Of a DNA stretch of 64,000 nt, positions 54,488 through 63,774 are shown in pieces; the first letter of the stretch is position 1, and each line of letters starts with the position of its first letter. This stretch comes from Chamaesiphon sp. Its GTDB lineage: Bacteria; Cyanobacteriota; Cyanobacteriia; Cyanobacteriales; Chamaesiphonaceae. The position numbers were made by a program, and so were the translations under genes. The notes beneath the pieces were generated by a model. That model did not search any database and was not told the origin of the DNA. It saw nothing but the letters and a program-made list of their open reading frames with translations. Location: assembly GCA_965246715.1 (NCBI GenBank), contig CBDFFH010000036.1, positions 96,001 to 160,000 on the forward strand, given 5' to 3'.

Positions 54488-54648
54488 TGAGTAAAATCTA
54501 GTAAGTAGGACGGCATAAATAATCAGGAAGCTTTTCTAGATGATTACCTGGTGGAACAGCTAATTTATCAATGGTAGTAACAAGTCCAATCGATTGGCAA
54601 GTATTTCGAGCTAAAATAAGATAGTTTAGTGGCAATAAGGTCAAATCA

Positions 54649-54924
54649 ATGACAGTACGACAGCCCCGATATAGCAAGGAAGAGTTTGCCCAACGGGGTG
54701 ATACACTTTATGAGTCACAGATTCGATCGCAAGTCGAAGAAGGTAATCACGGTAAGATTGTCGCGATCGACATCGAAACCGGAGCCTTTGAAGTAGCCGA
54801 TGATATACTACCAGCTACCAATCGCCTATTTGAGCGTTTCCCAGATGCTCAACCCTGGATCGTCCGGATCGGACATCGAGCAGTAGATCGCTTTGGTTCG
54901 CGCAGTCTCAAAAAAACAGTATGA
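54649..54924 (+). CDS. DUF5678-like partner protein, copy 3
   Basis: Paralog; ATGA overlap with the protease. Confidence 0.8.
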   Translation: MTVRQPRYSKEEFAQRGDTLYESQIRSQVEEGNHGKIVAIDIETGAFEVADDILPATNRLFERFPDAQPWIVRIGHRAVDRFGSRSLKKTV

Positions 54925-55292
54925 TTCACGGCGTTGTAAGTAAAAACCGTGAGGCAACAATTTCGCTGGTTATTGTTAATGAAACTCGTCAGACAAAACT
55001 GATTACTGCTGTCATAGACACTGGGTATACTGGCTTTCTAAGCCTACCAAGTGAAATTATTACCGAGTTGAATTTGTCTTGGACAGGGATCGATCGAGGC
55101 ACACTTGGCGATGGTAGTGAAGTAACCTTCGAGGTCTATGCCGCTAAGGTCATCTGGGATGGAGAATATCGCGACAGCCCCATTAATGAAGCCGAAACCG
55201 ATCCTCTAATTGGAATGAGTCTGCTTTACAGTTACGATTTGCATATTCAAGCGGTGGAAGGTGGTAGCGTCACAATTAAGCGACTAGAGTAA
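54921..55292 (+). CDS. Clan AA aspartic protease, copy 3
   Basis: AVIDTGYTG and PLIGMSLL. Confidence 0.85.
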   Translation: MIHGVVSKNREATISLVIVNETRQTKLITAVIDTGYTGFLSLPSEIITELNLSWTGIDRGTLGDGSEVTFEVYAAKVIWDGEYRDSPINEAETDPLIGMSLLYSYDLHIQAVEGGSVTIKRLE

Positions 55293-55311
55293 TATTTTCG
55301 CATCATTTAAA

Positions 55312-56265
55312 ATGGGCTATACGACACAATCATCAAAGTCAGTCGAGGTTCACATTACAACATCAACAGGCACTCTCTATGGCACACAGATTATTTCAAC
55401 GTCTAATGTGCCAGAGCCAGTGGTGCTGATCGTTGCGGGTTCAGGTCCGACCGATCGCGATGGAAACAATCCTCTAGCTGGGCAGAATAACAGCCTCAAA
55501 CTACTAGCTGAAGGGTTAGCCGATCGCGGCATTGCCTCGATACGATACGACAAGCGCGGTATTGGGGAAAGTTTAGCCGCAGGACTTCAAGAAGTTGATT
55601 TGCGTTTCGATACCTATGTTGAAGATGCGGCACTTTGGATTCAGCAATTGCAGGCAGATTCTCGCTTCTCAAACGTCACCGCGATTGGTCATAGTGAAGG
55701 CTCTCTGATTGGAATGCTGGCGACCCAAAAAACTGGAGCAGATGCTTTTGTATCAATAGCTGGAACTGCCCGAACTGCATCACAAGTTTTACGAGAGCAA
55801 CTGCAACCTAGATTGCCAGACGCGTTATGGCAACAGAGCGATCGGATTCTTGCTGCTCTAGAGCAAGGCAACACAGTGGCCTCTGTTCCACCAGAATTAA
55901 ACACGCTCTACAGATCGAGCGTCCAACCCTACCTCATTTCCTGGTTTCGCTATACCCCTGCTCAAGAGATTAAGCATCTCACTGTACCTGTTCTAATTGT
56001 TCAAGGAACAACTGATATCCAAGTGCCTGTTAGTGAGGCGCAAGCCCTGAAGATGGCTAAACCGGATGCGGAGATTAGAATCATTGAGGGGATGAATCAT
56101 GTCTTAAAAGCGGTTCCATTAGACCCTGAACAGCAAAATGCTTCCTATTCTGAGCCAATGCTGCCAGTTGTGCCTGAGCTAGTTGAGGGTATAAGTCAAT
56201 TTATTCACAGCCGTGGAATGCGCCGTAAGTCTAACCAGTCGCTGCACCGGAATGTGCCAAGTTGA
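55312..56265 (+). CDS. Alpha/beta hydrolase
   Basis: GSGPTDRDGN, GHSEG, QGTTDIQV and MNHVLK motifs. Confidence 0.88.
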   Translation: MGYTTQSSKSVEVHITTSTGTLYGTQIISTSNVPEPVVLIVAGSGPTDRDGNNPLAGQNNSLKLLAEGLADRGIASIRYDKRGIGESLAAGLQEVDLRFDTYVEDAALWIQQLQADSRFSNVTAIGHSEGSLIGMLATQKTGADAFVSIAGTARTASQVLREQLQPRLPDALWQQSDRILAALEQGNTVASVPPELNTLYRSSVQPYLISWFRYTPAQEIKHLTVPVLIVQGTTDIQVPVSEAQALKMAKPDAEIRIIEGMNHVLKAVPLDPEQQNASYSEPMLPVVPELVEGISQFIHSRGMRRKSNQSLHRNVPS

Positions 56266-56510
56266 TTGGTCGATCAGAAAATTTCGAGCGGAATGTTCTC
56301 TACCATTTTCCGTTTATTGGCGATAAGTTAATCATCGGGAAGTTTTGTGCCTTGGCAAGAGGCATAAATTTCATTATGAATGGGGCAAATCACAAGACGA
56401 TCCAAGCATTGCTTGAAGTTGGTTGGTGGAATTGGGACATCGAGAAAATCACGCGCAATCTGTAGCAGATTGTAGCGGCAGATATTGAAGCTCTGATAAA
56501 TTGCAAGTAG
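56262..56510 (+). pseudogene. Vat/CatB-type xenobiotic acetyltransferase remnant with an internal deletion
   Basis: FERNVLYHF.FIGDKLIIGKFC...MNGANH joined directly to LLEV.WWNWDIEKITRNL. Confidence 0.75.
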
Positions 56511-56597
56511 CATCGATCAATACTGTCAACTTTTAGCAATAAACCACCGCACAATCAAGCTAAAATATAGGAGCAGCATGGAAATAAGGTCAAACCC

Positions 56598-56873
56598 ATG
56601 ACAATTCGACAGCCCCGATATAGCAAGGAAGAATTTGCCCAGCGCGGTGATGCACTTTACGATTCACAGATTCGATCTCAAGTTGAAGAAGGTAATCACG
56701 GTAAGATTGTCGCGATCGACATTGAAACCGGAGCCTTTGAAGTAGCAGATGACTTGTTGATGGCATCGAAACATCTATTGGTAAGAGTGCCCGATGCTCA
56801 GACTTGGTTCGTTCGTATTGGCTATCTAGCCGTCGATCACTTTGGAGCACGGAGTTTGAGAACAAAGCCATGA
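56598..56873 (+). CDS. DUF5678-like partner protein, copy 4
   Basis: Paralog; ATGA overlap. Confidence 0.8.
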   Translation: MTIRQPRYSKEEFAQRGDALYDSQIRSQVEEGNHGKIVAIDIETGAFEVADDLLMASKHLLVRVPDAQTWFVRIGYLAVDHFGARSLRTKP

Positions 56874-57238
56874 TGCAAGGTCGTGTGAATCAAAGGTGTG
56901 AGGCGGCGTTGGCGATCGCGGTCAAAAACAATGAGATAACTCAGATGGTAGACACTGTAATTGATACAGGTTTTTCGGGATTTCTCACCTTGCCATCTGA
57001 CATGATTTCAACGCTGGGGTTTAGGTGGGAAGGTCGGGATACTGCCACATTAGGTGATGGGACTTTTTGCACGTTTGAAGTTTATATTGGGCTTGTGATT
57101 TGGGACGGGCAATACCGTGAGATTTACATCAATGAATCAGAAACAGTTCCATTGATTGGAATGCAGCTACTTCGAGGGTATGATTTGCACATTCAAGCGG
57201 TGGAAGGTGGTAGCGTTACAATTAAGCTACTAGAATGA
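56870..57238 (+). CDS. Clan AA aspartic protease, copy 4
   Basis: VIDTGFSG and PLIGMQLL. Confidence 0.85.
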   Translation: MMQGRVNQRCEAALAIAVKNNEITQMVDTVIDTGFSGFLTLPSDMISTLGFRWEGRDTATLGDGTFCTFEVYIGLVIWDGQYREIYINESETVPLIGMQLLRGYDLHIQAVEGGSVTIKLLE

Positions 57239-57281
57239 TGTATCTGCAACATTTAAAATCGTTTCTCATTAGTATCCAAAA

Positions 57282-57590
57282 TCAGGACGCTGTGCTAAAG
57301 ACTTGGATTTTTTCGATCGATTCCCCTTCTTGTTTTTGGACATGATACAGATCCCATCGCAACTGCAAATTCAGCCAGAAGTCATTTGACACACCAAAAA
57401 ACTTTGCTAGTCGCAGGGCGGTACTAGGGGTTACACCACGTTTGCCGTTAATAATTTCGTTAATCCGTTGGTATGGGACATGGATACTTTCAGCCAAATG
57501 TTTTTGGGTTAAGCCCAAAGGTTCTAAAAATTCGGTAAGTAACATTTCGCCAGGATGAGTCGGCGGACGATTTGTGGGAATACGAACCAT
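57282..57590 (-). CDS. higA: HigA antitoxin, second copy
   Basis: Near-identical to 49936-50244. Confidence 0.9.
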   Translation of the reverse strand: MVRIPTNRPPTHPGEMLLTEFLEPLGLTQKHLAESIHVPYQRINEIINGKRGVTPSTALRLAKFFGVSNDFWLNLQLRWDLYHVQKQEGESIEKIQVFSTAS

Positions 57591-57606
57591 GATGACGTTC
57601 TCCAAA

Positions 57607-57900
57607 TTAGTGATAATCGACTATTTCTACTGCTTGTGCATCGGACTCCGACCATTCAAAGCAAATCCGATACTGGTCATTGATGCGAATACTATGTTGA
57701 CCTTCTCTGTCTCCAGAAAGCTTCTCTAGGTGATTACCTGGTGGAACAGCTAGTTCGTCAATGGTAGTAACAGAGTCGATTTGGTCTAGCTTCCGAACGG
57801 CAACACGCCAGATCGACTCTGGACAAATTTTGCGTGCTGCCTTAGAGTCGATCCCGTCAAAAATATCTGCTGTGCCTTGGTTTTTGAAGGAATCAATCAT
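57607..57900 (-). CDS. higB: HigB toxin, second copy
   Basis: Near-identical to 50261-50554. Confidence 0.9.
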   Translation of the reverse strand: MIDSFKNQGTADIFDGIDSKAARKICPESIWRVAVRKLDQIDSVTTIDELAVPPGNHLEKLSGDREGQHSIRINDQYRICFEWSESDAQAVEIVDYH

Positions 57901-58155
57901 AACAACATGATAGCACGGTATTCATGCTAGGTGAGATTATGTTGCTGTTGGCGGAGTCTTTCCTTTGGAAAATCGCATATATACCTAGCTTGGAGGTTAA
58001 TCCTGCAAAGTCTTGGCGAATATTTGAAGTTTTCCGAGTGTGAAAGCTTCAAATATTTTGGGCACTATAACTAATAGGGGGTTTTGTACAAACCCTCTTT
58101 TCGAGAGATTAGTGAAAAACAAAGTGCGATCTTATAAGTAAATGAGGATATTTAA

Positions 58156-59337
58156 GTGATAGATAGTACTAAAATAGATTCTTATATTGCTGGCGACGTA
58201 TATGAAATATGGCAATCGTCAATAAATCGGGCAACGGATGAAATTTTAGTTGTCACTCCATATTTTAATAATGTATTGAAGGAGTTAATAGAGTCAAAAC
58301 TAAAATCCTCTAATTTTGAACGTAAAAACATAAAAATATTGACTAGATTTTCATCTGAGCTTGCATGGGGGGAGAAGGCGCAGTTATCAATAGGTATAGA
58401 GTTAATTGAGATGGGAGTCGAATTGAGGCAACTCAATAATATTCACGCAAAGCTACTAATTGTAGATAAAACTGAGTTAGTTCTTGGTTCTCAAAACTTT
58501 ACGAATAATGGACGACAGGCAAGAGAGGCATCTGTATCAGCTTGGTATATGTTAGAAAATAGAAATTATGATAATTTTCTGGCATCTATCGATCTTTGGT
58601 GGGAAGAGGCAACGCCTGTCAAAGCAGAGTTATTAAGAGAACTTTTAGAAGAGCTGGAAGATCTCGAAAATTCACCTGATTTCTTAAAAAAACACAGAAA
58701 TAATGTAAGTAAAATATTTGATAATTTTTACAAGAATTCTAATAAAAGCAATCAAATAAAGATTATCGATAATGAAACATCAATAAATGAAGAAATAGAA
58801 GGTAAATTAGTAGAATCTGGCTCCAAGTTTCGTAAAATTATTGAAATCACATCAGATTGTAAATTAGAAAAAGATTTAAATCGCTTGACGTTTTATCCGG
58901 TATTTATAAGACCAATAAATAGACTTTTTTATGCAAGAATTGCAAAAACAAGAATAAATTTTGTAGTAGATCGAATTAATAGAGAAATTCCACTTGTGAT
59001 TAATGGGATATCATATCTCCCACAGGTCAGTTTCTCAAAAGGCGATTTTAATATAAATATTGACCTCATAAAAGAACATGGTGCTAGAGATAACTTGAAC
59101 TTTAAATTTAGGTTTAATGGCGAATTTTTGGTATCTGAAAATTTGCATAATGAAAATAGTTTAAGAGAGAATTTAGAAAATATTATTTTTCAATCTTTTA
59201 ATTGCGAAAAACCTTTTTTTAAAAAATGCAAAGCTTCGGGAAGTTTTTTCCCGAATCATCATTCATTTTATCAGCATTTAACAATCACCATTAAAACGAC
59301 AATTAATGATTCTAAATTATTGATATGTGATTACTAA
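58156..59337 (+). CDS. Phospholipase D-like nuclease-domain protein
   Basis: VVTPYF, single HAKLLIVD and GSQNFT; very AT-rich. Confidence 0.7.
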   Translation: MIDSTKIDSYIAGDVYEIWQSSINRATDEILVVTPYFNNVLKELIESKLKSSNFERKNIKILTRFSSELAWGEKAQLSIGIELIEMGVELRQLNNIHAKLLIVDKTELVLGSQNFTNNGRQAREASVSAWYMLENRNYDNFLASIDLWWEEATPVKAELLRELLEELEDLENSPDFLKKHRNNVSKIFDNFYKNSNKSNQIKIIDNETSINEEIEGKLVESGSKFRKIIEITSDCKLEKDLNRLTFYPVFIRPINRLFYARIAKTRINFVVDRINREIPLVINGISYLPQVSFSKGDFNINIDLIKEHGARDNLNFKFRFNGEFLVSENLHNENSLRENLENIIFQSFNCEKPFFKKCKASGSFFPNHHSFYQHLTITIKTTINDSKLLICDY

Positions 59338-59535
59338 GGGTGATAAAAACGATTGTTTTCAAGGTATCGGGATCGCCAGGATAACCGACTGTGTGGGTGC
59401 GATTCTCCTATGGGAGAGGCTGTGCTGTGCTTCTGGCAGGCTACGCCAACGCCAACGAAAGCCCATTTCATCAACCCGATCGTTATGATCGCAAAAACTA
59501 ATCCAATTATAGACGGGAGTGCCGTAGGTCTGAAA

Positions 59536-62500
59536 CTAATTGAGTTCTAGATTTACTAATGTATGCAGCATGGCTGTTGTCGTAAATGGTTTAGTCAAGA
59601 ATGCTCCGATCGCATACCGTTCGACGATCGATTCATTCGCCGACGTACCACTCATCGCGATAACTTTGACGGCGGGATTAATCCGCTGCAAAGCCCGAAT
59701 GATATAAGGTGTATGAAGATTTGGCATCATCATATCCAACAATACCACGGCAATGTTTTCCCAATCTCGATCGTATATGGCGATCGCTTCGACACCATCG
59801 CTAGCTAACATCACTCGGTAGTTGTAAGTTTCTAATGAATCTTTAATAATCTCGCGGATCGAAAATTCATCATCTACAACTAAAGCTAATTGCCCCTTCC
59901 CGTCAAATAATTCAGGTTGCTCTACTTGCTGTTTTTCCTCACTATCAGTTACCGCAGGTAGATAGATGGTGAAACAAGTACCGTGCCCGACTTCACTATC
60001 GACATGAAGATCGCCATCGTGAGCTTTGATAATGCTCAGGACTGTCGATAATCCTAGACCCGTTCCCATTTCTTTGGTAGTAAAGAACGCATCAAAAATT
60101 AGATCGATCGCCTGAAGATCGATGCCAATGCCAGTATCAGCGATCGAGATCGCGACATAAGATCCAGTGCGAACATTGGCGTGCATTTTAGCATTGGTGT
60201 CATCAATTACTAGATTTGTAGCAGTTGCCGTAATCGACCCACCATCCGGCAGGGCATCCCGCGCATTCACAAACAAATTCATGAAGACTTGATGAATTTG
60301 CGTTGCATCGACACACACCATCCAGAGATCTTCAGCGGGCAGATCCAAACTAATTTTGATCGATTTGGGGAAGGTTTGACGGGCAATATCGATCGTTTCG
60401 GCGAGAATGTGCTGTAGTTTTAATACCGTGCGTTGACCGTCTACTCCCCGCGCAAATGTGAGAATTTGCTTGACTAAACTACTCCCGCGTAGCGAACTTT
60501 CGACCAACATTGTTAGCAGTCTCCGACTGCGGTTGTCTAATGTCGGGAGGGTAACTTCTAAAAGCTGGGCAGCACCGACAATCGGTGTCAGCACATTATT
60601 CAGATCGTGAGCGATGCCGCTGGCGAGAGTGCCCAAACTTTCCAAGCGTTGGGCGCGGAGAAACTGCTGCTCTAATCGCTTTTGCTCGGTAATATCGGTA
60701 AGAGTGCCTAGATAGCCAGTAATATTTCCAGCTTCATCCTCGATCGAGATCGCGCTGCCGTAGACCCAGTTTACTTGCCCCTGGGGGGTCATCATCCGAT
60801 ACTCTAACCCAAATCGGTGGTTCGCGACGACAGTACTCTCCCACGCGGCAGATACGCGCGCGAGATCGTCGGGATGGATGGAGTTTGCCCAACCTCGACC
60901 CAAAACTTCCGATTGTGACGCGCCCATTAATTCCAGACCTTGCTGATTGATAAACAGACAGTCTCCAGCAATGCCGGTTTGAAAAATGCCGACAGGGGCA
61001 CTGGCGACTAGAGTGCGATAGCGGGCTTCGCTTTGCTGCAAAGCAGCTTCAGATTGACGGAGGATAATATTGACGATTGATTTGCGTAATTCAACAGCGG
61101 CGGCGATGTCTACTGCTTGCCAAGGGAGCGAATGCAGCCGGACGCTTTCTTGCCACAATTGGAAAGATTTGCGCGGAATCAATCGCACATTGCCATCGGC
61201 TGCAACTTCTTCTTGGTAAGCGTGTTCTGGATTCCCACCCCAATTCACCGTTTGAATTACTTCAGGACGGAAACACAACACATAGCTGTCTGGCGACAAG
61301 GAAATTGCCAATAACCCACTAGCAAGATCTGGACATCCGTCTCCACCAAATAAATCGGCAGCTAGGAGCGGGAGTGAGTCGGTGGTAAATACATCATCGC
61401 GAACATTTTTGGTCAACCATTGCACCAAGCTATCGAGTGCTGCTGGCGGGGGAGTTTGCCCGATGGTTGTCCATCGACCGCCAACACAAATTGCAGCACC
61501 CCCAGCATCGAACAGATCCAAGAGATTGGGCGATTCACCCATTAAAGCATCAACAAAACTCGCCGTTGACTCAGGCGATCCCGTGGCGGATTGCGACATC
61601 CGCTCGATTCCCATCGAGCGGATATGAGCTAATTTCGATCGATAGCTATACTCAGGCATATCTTCAATCATCGAGATCCGGTCGAAAATTATCTGTCCGA
61701 GCAGTTCGCAAGCGTTCCGCAACTCATAAGATACGACTTTGGCTGTCTGATGATGACAGGTAATAATTCCCCACAAGCGTCCATCTTTGACGAGGGAAAT
61801 CGTCAAGGATGCACTGACACCCATATTTTGGAGGTACTCAGTGTGACAGGGATCGGGACTGCGAAGCATGGAGCGGCTTAGATCCGTAAGCTGCTCCGTC
61901 AGCGGATTGAGTGCGGGAATCAGTTGCACGGACTCAGCCCGAATGTCGGAGATCGCCCGAATCCGGTTGGAGAGAAACATCTCCCGCGCTGGTTGGGGAA
62001 TATCCGATTCGGGGAAATGCAAGCCCAAATAGGAATCCATTGCTACTACTTTATCCTCAGCGATGACTGCACCATGTCCATCCGCGTCGAACTTGTAGAG
62101 CAGCACTCGGTCGAATCCAGTTAACTTCCGCACTTCTGCGACCATAATTCGACCGAAAGCAGGTAAATCGGCAAAGCCTCTCCCTTGCAGAATCGAAGCT
62201 TTAGCTAAATGATAAAAACTTTGAAAGGGAATATGCTCGTCTTTGTGGGTTGGTTCCAATTCTAGAATTAGATAGCCATCGAGACTCCGATGAAAAACAG
62301 CATCAAAGATCCGGTAATTATCCCTAGATTTTAGTACCCATACTTTCGTGTAATTGCTGCCGTCGAAACTCCGATCTGCCAATCTTGCTCGAAATTGCTC
62401 GACCTGGAAAACATCTAGAAACTTCTCTAGTGGCTGTCCGACGATCAGACTTGGGGCAACTTCAAATATGCCGATCGTATTATTGCTAACTTGTAAGACC

Positions 62501-62625
62501 GTTAAACTTGGCTCTTGTAAAACTAGCAATACGCCATGAGATTGAATCTCAGTCAAGATATGAACTGACGGAAATTTTAAGCTGGCGGAATTAAAACTTT
62601 GAAGCTTTGTATTAGTATCTACCAT
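59536..62625 (-). CDS. Phytochrome-type hybrid histidine kinase (PAS-GAF-PHY-PAS-HK-REC)
   Basis: ESDIP, LRSPDPCH.EYL.NMGV, PRKSF, GIAHDLNN, GTGLGL and LDMMMP motifs. Confidence 0.9.
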   Translation of the reverse strand: MVDTNTKLQSFNSASLKFPSVHILTEIQSHGVLLVLQEPSLTVLQVSNNTIGIFEVAPSLIVGQPLEKFLDVFQVEQFRARLADRSFDGSNYTKVWVLKSRDNYRIFDAVFHRSLDGYLILELEPTHKDEHIPFQSFYHLAKASILQGRGFADLPAFGRIMVAEVRKLTGFDRVLLYKFDADGHGAVIAEDKVVAMDSYLGLHFPESDIPQPAREMFLSNRIRAISDIRAESVQLIPALNPLTEQLTDLSRSMLRSPDPCHTEYLQNMGVSASLTISLVKDGRLWGIITCHHQTAKVVSYELRNACELLGQIIFDRISMIEDMPEYSYRSKLAHIRSMGIERMSQSATGSPESTASFVDALMGESPNLLDLFDAGGAAICVGGRWTTIGQTPPPAALDSLVQWLTKNVRDDVFTTDSLPLLAADLFGGDGCPDLASGLLAISLSPDSYVLCFRPEVIQTVNWGGNPEHAYQEEVAADGNVRLIPRKSFQLWQESVRLHSLPWQAVDIAAAVELRKSIVNIILRQSEAALQQSEARYRTLVASAPVGIFQTGIAGDCLFINQQGLELMGASQSEVLGRGWANSIHPDDLARVSAAWESTVVANHRFGLEYRMMTPQGQVNWVYGSAISIEDEAGNITGYLGTLTDITEQKRLEQQFLRAQRLESLGTLASGIAHDLNNVLTPIVGAAQLLEVTLPTLDNRSRRLLTMLVESSLRGSSLVKQILTFARGVDGQRTVLKLQHILAETIDIARQTFPKSIKISLDLPAEDLWMVCVDATQIHQVFMNLFVNARDALPDGGSITATATNLVIDDTNAKMHANVRTGSYVAISIADTGIGIDLQAIDLIFDAFFTTKEMGTGLGLSTVLSIIKAHDGDLHVDSEVGHGTCFTIYLPAVTDSEEKQQVEQPELFDGKGQLALVVDDEFSIREIIKDSLETYNYRVMLASDGVEAIAIYDRDWENIAVVLLDMMMPNLHTPYIIRALQRINPAVKVIAMSGTSANESIVERYAIGAFLTKPFTTTAMLHTLVNLELN

Positions 62626-63140
62626 AATTAATTATACCACTTTAGACCTAGCAGGTTGATGGGATTTTATCTGAAAAGAAACTTAAAAATTTTGGTCGAT
62701 TCTCCACAGGAGTAACTGAGACGACACAAATGTCATCTAATGGGTGAAAGAAACTCTGGCTGGCACTGTTGGGTTTTGTCTTGCTCTGCTTGGTGCGCCT
62801 CCATGGACGGGAAACCCGTCCGGAGCGCATCCGCTACCCAACCTACAGATCTCAAGAACCAGTAGTTAATCTTTAGTTTTAATATTTCGATCTAAACTAG
62901 ATAAAAAGATCGATTCTTCAACCCGATCGTTTACCAATAATGACAGTATTTCATCCTTCTTGTGAGCTGTCTGATGCTACCAATTATTAACTAATTCTCT
63001 AAGTTTAGATTGTGCTTCGTCTAAACTCCATTTCCGTGCCTCGTCTACCAATTCATCGGAAAACTCCAGCAGTTGTGTCCAGCTACTTATCAACTTTCTT
63101 CGCTAAGTTGCAAAGGGCGATAAGATCCCAGTCCCTAGTA

Positions 63141-63169
63141 TTGCAATCTTGGTATAACCAGGGTATAAC
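63141..63169 (+). promoter_or_regulatory. Promoter with tandem GGTATAAC operator repeats upstream of the TA pair
   Basis: TTGCAA-17 bp-TATAAC; GGTATAAC at 63151 and 63162. Confidence 0.5.
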
Positions 63170-63199
63170 TAAATTATAGTGATTCTAGCTAATCTAAAT

Positions 63200-63436
63200 A
63201 TGAAAACTGCTATTTCTTTGCCAGACTCAGTTTTTGCCGAAGCTGAAGCCCTCGCGCAACAGTTAGGACTTTCCCGCAGCGAACTTTACTCGACAGCATT
63301 ACAAGCTTATCTATCAAAATACAATCGCCAACAGATATCGAGCAAATTAAACAATATCTACAGTGAAGAATCTTCCGATCTAGATCCAACGATCGCCACT
63401 ATGCAATTTATGTCTCTACCGCGTGAGGAATGGTAA
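63200..63436 (+). CDS. RHH antitoxin (ChpI-like)
   Basis: MKTAISLPD..F..AE.LA..LG.SRSELY. Confidence 0.8.
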   Translation: MKTAISLPDSVFAEAEALAQQLGLSRSELYSTALQAYLSKYNRQQISSKLNNIYSEESSDLDPTIATMQFMSLPREEW

Positions 63437-63774
63437 TGTATCGAGGCGAAATTTGGTGGGCAAATCTACCAGAACCAGTTGGATCTGAGCCTGGATACAA
63501 TCGCCCTGTTTTGGTTATTCAAGATGACACATTTACTCAAAGCAACATCAATACCGTCATTGTGGTAGTTATCACATCCAATCTTAATTTGGCAGCAGCC
63601 CCAGGCAATGTGTTGTTGCCAAGATCTGCATCGGGATTACCGAAAGATTCTGTTGCGAATGTATCTCAGATTCTCACGTTAGACAAAAAATTCTTAGTAG
63701 AGAGAATTGGTTCACTGCCAGATGAATTGCAATTGGAGGTAGATGATGGCATCAGAACTATTCTGTATTTGTAG
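63430..63774 (+). CDS. mazF: PemK/MazF toxin
   Basis: RGEIWWA.L..P.GSEPG..RP; SVANVSQILT. Confidence 0.88.
   Translation: MVMYRGEIWWANLPEPVGSEPGYNRPVLVIQDDTFTQSNINTVIVVVITSNLNLAAAPGNVLLPRSASGLPKDSVANVSQILTLDKKFLVERIGSLPDELQLEVDDGIRTILYL

Noticed and set aside
62790..62830. GC-rich hairpin as an ncRNA or riboswitch
   Set aside because: Single short palindrome, more like a dispersed repeat; no family features.
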